Source: a virus | Lineage: Duplodnaviria; Caudoviricetes | Length of the DNA stretch: 64,000 nucleotides | Virus record (IMG/VR): IMGVR_UViG_2636415703_000001 | Coordinates: 30,143 to 94,142 of that record | Reading direction: 5' to 3' (one strand) | Part shown: positions 1 to 8,244 of the stretch, piece by piece | How the letters are laid out: each line of letters begins with the position of its first letter | Position numbering within the stretch: the stretch's first letter is position 1 | Notes under the pieces: generated by a model | Databases searched by the model: none | The model's input: the letters and a program-made list of their open reading frames with translations, nothing else | What the model was told of the DNA's origin: nothing | Position numbers and translations under genes: made by a program

Positions 1-275
1 TCATAAAATTAATCTAACTGACTGATCTGCCGTCTCGCTTGCATAGTAAACTAGTAGAATATGCAAATAATTTCAGATTTATTACCGGTAAAAAAAACCA
101 AAAAAATCTAGAGTGAATTATTTAGCGCCACTGGATTACCGCATAAAGATCAGTTTTTATGTACAAGTAATCATTGCTTTTATCAAAAAAATTGACCTTC
201 AATCGAAGCTGTTTAATACAACAAGAAATAATATATCAGAGTTATTATTTTTTGTCTTCTGACAGTTAGCAGCAC

Positions 276-312
276 AAAAAAAGCCGCACCCGGATATTCC
301 AGTGTGCAGCTT
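276..312 (-). terminator. Rho-independent terminator downstream of the 153-aa gene
   Basis: Minus strand reads GCTGCAC..GTGCGGC stem followed by a T run. Confidence 0.55.
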
Positions 313-356
313 CAGATTATTTTCTTATAGTAAATGCCCTGCTGTGACAAGCGCAG

Positions 357-818
357 CTAATTGGGCCACTCATATAAAAAGTGTTGCACCGCAACGACCT
401 CCAGGCCTCTCTTGATTTTCACAACCTGCTGAGGGCCGGTCGGCTCAAGTTCGATCGCCTGTTTAATCAATGGTGCTGCAGGCTTAACAGCCGCCGCTTT
501 GACCGGCTGGCATGCCTGCGTCGCCATCATTTTCTTTGCTTTGGCCGCAGGCCTCTTTATGGGCTTCTGGCTGAGATTCAGCAGCCGCTCTTTGCAGGAG
601 TCTGTTTCTTCAGGATTCTGGTTTTTCAAACATACTGGGCATCGCTCGGAATTACTATGATGCGTAAGTGCCACCGTCATCGCCTGCTTTGGGGTATAGA
701 GCGTGCCGATAAATATCCGGCTATCAGGCGTTTTCGGCAGAATTTTACAGCCTTCACGATGCAGCAGAGTACCGCTTTCATGATGAAAGCTGAGGTAGTA
801 TTTCTTTGCTTCTAACAT
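357..818 (-). CDS. Hypothetical protein with putative N-terminal His/Cys metal-binding motif
   Basis: 153-aa ORF with HxxxC...CxxC, GGA SD, upstream TTGATA-17-TACCTT promoter-like sequence and downstream terminator. Confidence 0.7.
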   Translation of the reverse strand: MLEAKKYYLSFHHESGTLLHREGCKILPKTPDSRIFIGTLYTPKQAMTVALTHHSNSERCPVCLKNQNPEETDSCKERLLNLSQKPIKRPAAKAKKMMATQACQPVKAAAVKPAAPLIKQAIELEPTGPQQVVKIKRGLEVVAVQHFLYEWPN

Positions 819-1027
819 GCTAAATCCTTCGAGCAGTATTGAATCTGATTAAACAGAAACAAGGTAATGATATTGACTCTTATTATCAACCTTTTAATTT
901 GTGGGTATACAGCCTGTATAATTCAGCCTGGCACTGAATTATACGCGCACAAAGTTAATTAAAATAAATTAACAGCCGTAGCCTGAATCGGCCCTGATAT
1001 CTCAGCCATAAAGTAAATCATGACGCT

Positions 1028-1285
1028 TCAGTGTAGCAGCGAAATGATTTTCCAATCAGTTGAAATAATATCGTCAGGAGTCGGATCATAAAAAGACAGC
1101 CCGCCTGACTCGCTCATGACAATAAATTGTCTTTGACTGTCAGCGTCTGTTTCAGTGAATACGTGAACTGGTGTATCGCCCCACTTGGTACGACGACAGA
1201 TAATACTGTCCGTCTGGCTTATGGCTGTCATGGCGTAGTTAAAACCTGTTTCCGCCTGGGATGGCGTGTCGGGGATATCAGACAT
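1028..1285 (-). CDS. DUF2829 / Tad2-like (Thoeris anti-defence sponge-like) protein
   Basis: Motif pattern F.xA...RxxW...YxPTxDDIIxxDW matches the DUF2829 family as recalled; GGGAG SD. Confidence 0.6.
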   Translation of the reverse strand: MSDIPDTPSQAETGFNYAMTAISQTDSIICRRTKWGDTPVHVFTETDADSQRQFIVMSESGGLSFYDPTPDDIISTDWKIISLLH

Positions 1286-1339
1286 GAAATGCTCCCTGTG
1301 CTTTGAGACGCGTCACAACAAGAGGTTCCAATCTCCGGG

Positions 1340-1417
1340 TGGTGACGTTGACAGGGTTGGAACTACCGGCGCACAAGAAAACCGGCCTACCCGAAGGTAG
1401 CCCCGCCAACGCCACCA
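1340..1417 (-). ncRNA. C4-like antisense RNA (P1/P4 immunity type)
   Basis: 78-nt unit closed by a TGGTGGCGTTGGC/GTCAACGTCACCA stem, with a CTACC-TTCG-GGTAG hairpin, a loop TTCTTGTGC and a bulge GTTCCAA; complementary targets upstream (1472-1480, 1491-1496) and downstream (1293-1301, 1326-1331). Confidence 0.85.
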
Positions 1418-1525
1418 TAGATACGCCTGGTTTTTTCCAGACGTGGTAGCGCCGAAGGCACTGAGTGCCTGTTCTTATGCTTCAGCAGGGTTCCAATCCT
1501 GACCGCTATACTCACGCGGCGCGGA

Positions 1526-1554
1526 CACTATAGCCACCATGTTGATAAATTCAA
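1526..1554 (-). promoter_or_regulatory. Sigma70 promoter for the c4 operon
   Basis: TTGAAT-16-TATAGT on the minus strand. Confidence 0.6.
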
Positions 1555-1621
1555 TATGTCTTATGTGAAATTATCCACTGGTCATTAGATCCAGACGCGG
1601 GTGAAGATTAACTAACCTCAT

Positions 1622-1642
1622 AAATTACAACCTTTCTACCAT
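1622..1642 (+). promoter_or_regulatory. Late promoter (pro)
   Basis: AAATTACA-N7-TACCAT; the same motif precedes six other virion/lysis operons. Confidence 0.7.
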
Positions 1643-1712
1643 CCTCCCGCGCTGGTGATCACCTGCGCTGCCTCCGCTTTGCGGGGTATCCCAATGTGAT
1701 TATGAGGTTTTT

Positions 1713-2717
1713 ATGAACGCTCTCCGCACTGTTACGGACCGTTTTTCGCTGATTGATAAAATCCGCCGCTTTACGCCACAGAATGACCGCAATTACCTGC
1801 TGCGCTCTGTACGTGAAACGTTCGCCAACCCTGAAACCCTGGAGCGAATCCAGCTGGGGGAAATGTTCGGGTATTACGGCCACGGACGCCGCGCCGCCTA
1901 CTATGCGAAGACCGGGCGGCTAAACCTGCCTGAATTTGCAGTTGTGATGATCGACGGCAAGCCGGTGACGCTGGAAAACGTGCCGTCTAACCGGACGCTT
2001 GAGGCCAGCGTGGATGATAACGGCATCGTGACTCACGTTCAGGAGATTCTGGACACTGAGCCAGGCAACATCGTTGACGGCATGAACCGTTCCCGCGCCG
2101 GTGGCTGGTCATGGGCGACAGGCGGCGACGACAACGCCATCTCAAAAGTGACCAGTTTTCACGGCTTCGATTACGTGACCAATCCAAACTATATCAGCCA
2201 GGATCACCCTGCTCTTCTGCTGGAATCTGCCAGCGAACGCGCTGACGCGATGCACGCGGGCCTGATTGAAAAGGGGTATTCGGAGAACCAGGCGGCTGAC
2301 ATTATCCAGCACTTTGAAACCCTGCGCGCCCAGGCGGCAATGCTGGAGTCTGCGGATTCTTCGCTGATGGAATCGGCGCTTCACATTGAGCATGGAAAGC
2401 GTCTGGAGCTGGAGGAACGTCTGCGCAGCGCGCAACTGATGATCGAGAATGCAGGCGCCGTCGCAAAGACACGCCGCCGGATTATGAAAGATGCGCTGGC
2501 TAACATGCCGCTGTTTTTAAGTAAAGCCCAGCAGGCGGCACTATGCCGGATGGACACGCCGGAAGACGCGCAGATTGTCGCGGCAATGCTGGAATCAATT
2601 GGCACAAATGCGACGGCCACGCTGCCGATTGGAACAGCCCACCAGCACACATTACCGCAGACGCGCCCGCCAGCCGTGAACTCAGCACCGCTACTCTGGA
2701 TCAACACGAAGCGGTAA
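1713..2717 (+). CDS. pro: Prohead (head-processing) protease, P1 Pro-like
   Basis: 334 aa; GYYGHGRR, GGWSWA and FHGFDYV motifs typical of P1 Pro; GAGG SD; late promoter. Confidence 0.8.
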   Translation: MNALRTVTDRFSLIDKIRRFTPQNDRNYLLRSVRETFANPETLERIQLGEMFGYYGHGRRAAYYAKTGRLNLPEFAVVMIDGKPVTLENVPSNRTLEASVDDNGIVTHVQEILDTEPGNIVDGMNRSRAGGWSWATGGDDNAISKVTSFHGFDYVTNPNYISQDHPALLLESASERADAMHAGLIEKGYSENQAADIIQHFETLRAQAAMLESADSSLMESALHIEHGKRLELEERLRSAQLMIENAGAVAKTRRRIMKDALANMPLFLSKAQQAALCRMDTPEDAQIVAAMLESIGTNATATLPIGTAHQHTLPQTRPPAVNSAPLLWINTKR

Positions 2718-2726
2718 TGGGAAAAG

Positions 2727-2758
2727 AAAACCGTGCCCGGAATGAGCGGGCACGTTTT
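2727..2758 (+). terminator. Terminator after pro
   Basis: CGTGCCCG-loop-CGGGCACG followed by TTTT. Confidence 0.65.
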
Positions 2759-3056
2759 AGACGAAACTAAAAATTAGGAAAAAACTGAGTGTTGATCCTT
2801 TTTTGGATCGCGTTTATTATCCGCGCTCTGATTCAGTTTGACGGCTGAACCAAAGACGAAAAAAAATCGCCTGTTGACGCAGACGATTTTTAAACAACTT
2901 TGTGTGGTCTTCGACAACCACACCGGCGTTGTGCCGCATAACTTCTTTGAACGGAAGTTGCCCTTAATTCCCAGTAGCAAGGTACCTCTAGCAAGGAACC
3001 AAAATGATTAGAGCCTCGCAAAAAAAAGAGACTGCAACCATGACGGAACTAAAAGC

Positions 3057-3974
3057 ATGTCTGAAATCACAAGGATTCCAAACGTGTCTATAGTAGCTAA
3101 TAGCACCGATCCCGGCAACACTTTTCCCGCAATTCGCTCAAATAACGAGCACAGATCTGCCCGAATTACAGGCTTTGATCTTACTCACATTATCGAGCTA
3201 TCACCCCTCCCGAAGTCAGTAAGCCGCGTCTTAAAATTTGCCTGCAATCTGGCCGGTTCCACGTCCGAGTTCATCATCATCAAATCGCTCCGGAATCTGG
3301 CTGAAGAAGCCGGTTGCAGTATCTCAACCGTTCAGCGAGCCTACCGTGCTGCCGTTAAGCTGGGGATCCTCAGCTATGAAGAGCAGCGCGATGAGAAAAA
3401 TCACAGCGTCAGCAAACCCAGTAAGTACACATTTACCAGTAAAGCCCTGTCCTTTGTCCAGGCGAGTCTGGATGCTTTGAAAGAGGCAAATCTGAAACCG
3501 TCAGGCCGTCAGACTATTGTCCGGAGGGTTATCGCTAACGCCTTCTTTAAAAACGATTTTATCCACAATACCCCTGGTCAGAATGAACAGGCTACCCCTG
3601 GTCAAACTGACCAACAAGAATTAAGAGATCACTCCAGTAAAAGAGAAATACAAAATGGGGAGCCATTAAATTCTGAGGTTAAAAAGTCAGCAGAGCCACA
3701 ACTGGTACCGGTGAAAAAAATCGGGCTCTACCAGAACACACAAAAGCAGCTGGCAGCAGCATCGTCAGCAGCACAAAATGAGCGAAGCGCAGAAGAGTAT
3801 CAGCGCAAAGGCGGCGTACTGCATGAAGCCTACCAAGCGCTTAAGTCCACGTTCAGGGCAAAGCCTGCTGGTGGCAGGAAGCCGAAAGGCCGCCGCTACT
3901 CTGACCCATTGAGCGGCAGCTTTTCGGCGGGTTTGGATTACTCAGTCATACCTGAAGGCTTTCGAGGCTGTTAA
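3057..3974 (+). CDS. repL: Lytic replication initiator, RepL-like (HTH)
   Basis: HTH SLRNLAEEAGCSISTVQRA; internal DnaA box and direct repeats as in phage initiators. Confidence 0.65.
   Translation: MSEITRIPNVSIVANSTDPGNTFPAIRSNNEHRSARITGFDLTHIIELSPLPKSVSRVLKFACNLAGSTSEFIIIKSLRNLAEEAGCSISTVQRAYRAAVKLGILSYEEQRDEKNHSVSKPSKYTFTSKALSFVQASLDALKEANLKPSGRQTIVRRVIANAFFKNDFIHNTPGQNEQATPGQTDQQELRDHSSKREIQNGEPLNSEVKKSAEPQLVPVKKIGLYQNTQKQLAAASSAAQNERSAEEYQRKGGVLHEAYQALKSTFRAKPAGGRKPKGRRYSDPLSGSFSAGLDYSVIPEGFRGC
3559..3660 (+). promoter_or_regulatory. Putative lytic origin (oriL) inside repL
   Basis: Perfect DnaA box TTATCCACA (3559-3567), TACCCCTGGTCA at 3569 and 3593, then an A-rich tract. Confidence 0.55.
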
Positions 3975-4462
3975 TCGGTAACTGTGCCACCAGCGTTCAC
4001 ATAGGCCGTCAGCAGCGCTTCAATCTTGTGCGTTTTCTGACCATAAGGTGAGCCAGTGAGCGAGGCCCAGATATCATTGGTTTTACCGATCGCCGTGCGG
4101 ATCCGCCCTGCCAGCACGTCGGCATAAGCACCCTGCTCTTTCAGCAGTTGATCGAGTAACCGCTCCTGTGAGGCAGGACTAAAATCAGGCAGACCCAGCT
4201 GCTTTTTGTAGGCAGGCCAGTAGCGATAAAGCTGCTGATAGCGGCCCGCTGCGGTTGATGCCAGGCCATTGTGATTAATCTGTTTCGCATTGCGATGTGC
4301 AAACGGGTGATCACCGAAGTCGGTAAAGATCTCACCCTGCATTTCACCCAGCCCGGTCACGATGACGTCGTAGCCGCGCATGCGTGTTAACGGGTGAGTA
4401 CTGGTGCCTTCTGAAAAGGCCAGCATGTCACCAAAGGCTTTACGGTTTGGGGATTGTTCCAT
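3971..4462 (-). CDS. Endolysin, lambda R-type lytic transglycosylase
   Basis: AFxDMLAxSEGT, GYDVIV, STAAGRYQ and LPDFSP motifs; start moved to 4462 because the late promoter lies at 4497-4517. Confidence 0.9.
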   Translation of the reverse strand: MEQSPNRKAFGDMLAFSEGTSTHPLTRMRGYDVIVTGLGEMQGEIFTDFGDHPFAHRNAKQINHNGLASTAAGRYQQLYRYWPAYKKQLGLPDFSPASQERLLDQLLKEQGAYADVLAGRIRTAIGKTNDIWASLTGSPYGQKTHKIEALLTAYVNAGGTVTD

Positions 4463-4496
4463 TGTGGTTCCGCTCTCAGTATTGATAAAGAGCGGT

Positions 4497-4517
4497 AATG
4501 TAGGGAGTTTGTACTTT
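4497..4517 (-). promoter_or_regulatory. Late promoter (endolysin)
   Basis: AAAGTACA-N7-TACATT. Confidence 0.7.
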
Positions 4518-4612
4518 TCATGTTTAATCCATTGCATAATCAATGTATGTACACTTACTCTATTCTTAATGAGCTACATTAGTTATAAAAAACTCAAGGA
4601 ATATATAATTTA

Positions 4613-6325
4613 ATGAAAGGTACAAATCCCTTAATAATCCAACTTTACAATATGGATGAGTCTGTCATAAGACGCTTCGAAAAAGAGAATTTAGAGCATT
4701 CAGAGCATCCACTCAATGGAATGATTGATGTAGAAAATATAGATGAGATCCCTTACTTTTCTTCTATACCTAATAATATTCATGAAGCTGATTTCATCAT
4801 TATAGATACTACAGCGAGAAAACAAAAACCAGCAAACCGCTCAAGCAATATAAACATTCAAGTGCCAGACGGTGTTACTCATTATAATATTTTGCCTTTT
4901 GATGTTCATAGCATCATGAATGGCGTAAAACAAACCAGCCATAATCAATGTGTTATTTTTTTCATGAGCCGTTATTTTGCAGCCCAATATACTGTTTTCC
5001 TTGAAGGCTATGCAAAGCCATCACACCCTAATTACAACACGACAGGCATTGAATATAACGACGTCTCACGCGCGCCAAAATCAAGGCAAGGAAGTTTCTT
5101 TTCACCTCCCGGTGACAATAAATATAGAAACATTACTAAATTATTGAATAAACATATTAAAGATGCAATTTATAATGTTGTATTTCCGCAATCTCTTGAC
5201 TCAACACTATTAATGTCTAAATCAGGAGAAGTAGTATCAAAAGTCAGCGAATGGAACACGAAAGTTCTTTTCTTTTTTCCTGACATAAGAGATAAGGCTG
5301 GATTCTTAGCTGAATTGTTTACCAGCGTATTCCCTAGCGAGAAATACGATTTCATTAGCAAAAATCTCTCAGATTATGGAGATTTTAGATGGATTAATGA
5401 TTTCCCATACTTATCTCATAATGAAAGAAAAATAAATATTAATATAGCCACTGAAAAAGCTAGACATGAAAAGGCCTTAAATACCTTAGAGCACAGCCTA
5501 ACTTATGAGTCCCAACGCATTGAAAATGTTAAGCTAAAAAAATTACTTACTGAAACCGGTGATGATCTTAAGGACTCCGTTGAGTGGTTCTTAGAATATA
5601 TAGGTTTCGATAACATCGAAAACCCTGATGAAAAAACCCATAACCAAAATGAGAAAATTTATGAAGAAGATATCAGGATTGTCTCGCCTGAGATTACTTA
5701 TATTATAGAGACTAAAGGGCTTGGTGGAACGTCAACTGATTCCGACTGCGCACAACCGTCGAAAATAGTCCTTAGAAAAGAGGATGCAGACCTTGCTAAA
5801 AATAATGGGGCTGCAACTATTAATTATAAGGCTGTATATATAGTAAATAGTCAAAGATATAAAGAGCCAAAAATCAGAGATAACCCGCCCTTTAAAAAGC
5901 AGCAAATTGAAGATGCAAGAATAGCCAGAAGAGCGATGACCACCACATATGAATTATTCACCACATTTCATATGATAGAGGCCGGAATTTTATCAAAAAG
6001 CAACGCTAGGGATGCATTTAAACAAAGTGGTTTAATTAACTTTAAGGTGGGAATAAAATCATTATTTTGCGATGATCGTTTTGATGGTCCTGCTGTATAC
6101 TCTTTTGACCTAAGTAAAACACCAGAAATAGAAATTAATGAAGATGATTGTGTTGCATTCCAAGATGGAGACGACCATTGGTATCTATCGCCTATCATCG
6201 AAATACAAATCAAAAATTGCAAGGTAAGTTCCGTTAATGCTTCATCAGGCGCCAGTGCAGGAGTAAAGTTAAAAAAATATATTAAGTCGGCTAAAAACTT
6301 CTATCTAAAGAAAGCTCACAGTTGA
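4613..6325 (+). CDS. AT-rich accessory protein with C-terminal PD-(D/E)xK-like nuclease domain
   Basis: 570 aa; coiled coil then EEDIRIV...IIETKG...AQ motif; low GC. Confidence 0.6.
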   Translation: MKGTNPLIIQLYNMDESVIRRFEKENLEHSEHPLNGMIDVENIDEIPYFSSIPNNIHEADFIIIDTTARKQKPANRSSNINIQVPDGVTHYNILPFDVHSIMNGVKQTSHNQCVIFFMSRYFAAQYTVFLEGYAKPSHPNYNTTGIEYNDVSRAPKSRQGSFFSPPGDNKYRNITKLLNKHIKDAIYNVVFPQSLDSTLLMSKSGEVVSKVSEWNTKVLFFFPDIRDKAGFLAELFTSVFPSEKYDFISKNLSDYGDFRWINDFPYLSHNERKININIATEKARHEKALNTLEHSLTYESQRIENVKLKKLLTETGDDLKDSVEWFLEYIGFDNIENPDEKTHNQNEKIYEEDIRIVSPEITYIIETKGLGGTSTDSDCAQPSKIVLRKEDADLAKNNGAATINYKAVYIVNSQRYKEPKIRDNPPFKKQQIEDARIARRAMTTTYELFTTFHMIEAGILSKSNARDAFKQSGLINFKVGIKSLFCDDRFDGPAVYSFDLSKTPEIEINEDDCVAFQDGDDHWYLSPIIEIQIKNCKVSSVNASSGASAGVKLKKYIKSAKNFYLKKAHS

Positions 6326-6329
6326 TAAG

Positions 6330-6355
6330 TTAAAGGCCGCCTCGACGGCCTTTAA
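6330..6355. terminator. Hairpin between convergent genes
   Basis: TTAAAGGCCG-CCTCGA-CGGCCTTTAA. Confidence 0.65.
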
Positions 6356-6395
6356 ATTTGCCCTACTAAATATTACGTTCTAACAAGTTATGTAG

Positions 6396-7775
6396 CTATA
6401 GCGTGCTTTCAACCGCAGATTCAGGCGAAAACATGGCAAAAGACATGCCTCTGCCTTCGCCAAATTCCTCTTCAATCTCCCCGGATACGGCGGTCAGAAC
6501 GTCGGTCAGCGTCAGCTCACCGCCGCCGAACATATCCCCCAGCGCCTGCTGCTGGTGTAACAGCTCGTCATTGATCTTCTGCGCCATCTTTTTAAACGCG
6601 GCCCCGATACGTTTCGCGCTGCGGTTGTTTGCCACGATAAACAGCGCCAGTGCTTCGGCCTCTTTGCTGGATTCCTCAAATAGTCCCTGCTGTGCCAGCA
6701 CTTCCTGTATGGCCTGCCCGCTGTCTTTTGCCTGGCGCACCAGCTTGATCGCATCCTGCAGCGCGGCGATTGCCTGCTGATCAAGCCCATCAACCGACTG
6801 CACCCCGTCCACCAGTCCGGTGACGGCCTGGCGGTGAACGTCTCCGGACAGCATCTGCATCTGCGCAAATTCGCTTGCCGATGTGTTAAGCGCCGTCAGG
6901 ATGTTGCGCATTTCCGGGTCCGGCTCTTCGGATACCAGTTTAACCAGGCGTTCATCTTTGTAGGCGCGGGCAAAGATCGCATTCTGCATACGGTCGATCA
7001 GCTGCTTCGTCGGGCGCCCGTCTTCGGTCAACAGGCCTGCCGTCGCCGTGTCGCCAATCTCTTTCATGAATGCCCGGATAAAGCTGTCATTTGAGCGCGC
7101 CAGAAGGTTGCCGTCGTCGGACGGATTGAATATGGCCATCAGCCGTTCATCAAGCATTTCGGCATCAACAAAGGCCTTCTCGCTCGCTGCCATTTCCTGC
7201 AAATCAGAGAGGTTTGAGTCTTTCGCAAACTGCGCCCGGTCAACGTCCGTAATACGCTCACGCACCAATACCGGCATATCCATCTGCGCTATATCTGACG
7301 CTTTAAGGCCGTAGTCTTTTGCGTGGTCGATCAGGTACTGCCGGTACTCGTCGGCCTGTCCCTGCTCATAGGCGCGGGTGATCCCCATCGAGCGGCCATT
7401 GCCCGACTCCACCACATTATCAGCGCCTACGATTGGCGCGCCGTGGCTGCTCATACCTGAATCGGTCAGCTTGGCCGGTCGGAGGTTGCCCGCGATTTTG
7501 GAAACCTGCACTTTGCTGGTCAGGCGGGTGCGGTCGCGTGGCTGCAACTCAGCCGGGAACAGCGGGTTAATGGTGCCATCGAGGTTGTTGGAGATGATTA
7601 GATGGCGCGCATCCACCACCTTAAACGCGGTCTTTACTTCCTGCCCTTTGCCGGTGACGACGTATGACGATCGCCCGGTTGTGGTCTGCGCCTTACGCAA
7701 TGAGCCCACCAGCCCGATCAGGGCAAATATGCTGCCAGCTTCGCTCAGCAGATTTTGAATTTTCTCGTTCAGCAT
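6396..7775 (-). CDS. ddrB: DdrB-like protein (ParB-like domain)
   Basis: ELQPRDR, GAPIV and VESGNGR motifs; last gene of the dar operon as in P1. Confidence 0.75.
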   Translation of the reverse strand: MLNEKIQNLLSEAGSIFALIGLVGSLRKAQTTTGRSSYVVTGKGQEVKTAFKVVDARHLIISNNLDGTINPLFPAELQPRDRTRLTSKVQVSKIAGNLRPAKLTDSGMSSHGAPIVGADNVVESGNGRSMGITRAYEQGQADEYRQYLIDHAKDYGLKASDIAQMDMPVLVRERITDVDRAQFAKDSNLSDLQEMAASEKAFVDAEMLDERLMAIFNPSDDGNLLARSNDSFIRAFMKEIGDTATAGLLTEDGRPTKQLIDRMQNAIFARAYKDERLVKLVSEEPDPEMRNILTALNTSASEFAQMQMLSGDVHRQAVTGLVDGVQSVDGLDQQAIAALQDAIKLVRQAKDSGQAIQEVLAQQGLFEESSKEAEALALFIVANNRSAKRIGAAFKKMAQKINDELLHQQQALGDMFGGGELTLTDVLTAVSGEIEEEFGEGRGMSFAMFSPESAVESTL

Positions 7776-7790
7776 TTTGATTCCGGGAAT

Positions 7791-7814
7791 AAAAAACCCC
7801 GCCGAAACGGGGTT
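7791..7814 (-). terminator. Intra-operon terminator before ddrB
   Basis: AACCCCG-TTTCGG-CGGGGTTTTTT. Confidence 0.7.
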
Positions 7815-7818
7815 AGGA

Positions 7819-8244
7819 TTAAGCAGCGAGGCCGCTGGCCGCTATCCAGCTGGCGGTCTGTTTTCTGGCATCGTCGAGCTCCAGATAGACGCCGATGTAG
7901 TCACCGATGCGGCGCAGCGTTTCAACAAAATCAAGCTGTGCCTGGCTGGTGAACTTCCCGGCCAGAAAGTCAGTAACCACTTCCGGGATGGGCTGATCCT
8001 CTTTCACTGGTTCCGGCTGTGGCTCAGGTTCCAGCGCCGGGCGGGGCGCTGGCTCCGGTACCGGATCAGGTGCGCTGGTGGCGGGTACTGGTGCTGGTGC
8101 AGCGCCATACCCCAGCTGGAGCATGATTGCCTCCATCTGGTCATTGAGATCCAGCAGGTCCAGCCCCTTCACGGTCGGCGCTTTGATAATCAGCTCGTCC
8201 AGCTGGTCGGCTAAATCCAGCTTTTGCAGTGCGGTTAAGCTCAT
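7819..8244 (-). CDS. Dar-system accessory protein at the DdrA position
   Basis: 141 aa, Pro-rich linker, coupled to the darA stop; called by synteny. Confidence 0.55.
   Translation of the reverse strand: MSLTALQKLDLADQLDELIIKAPTVKGLDLLDLNDQMEAIMLQLGYGAAPAPVPATSAPDPVPEPAPRPALEPEPQPEPVKEDQPIPEVVTDFLAGKFTSQAQLDFVETLRRIGDYIGVYLELDDARKQTASWIAASGLAA

Noticed and set aside
1-275. Start of an AT-rich minus-strand gene at the window edge
   Set aside because: Only a possible ATG at 2-4 is visible; not enough sequence to support a call.
4463-4543. N-terminal extension of the endolysin as a SAR or signal sequence
   Set aside because: Not hydrophobic, and it contains the late promoter.
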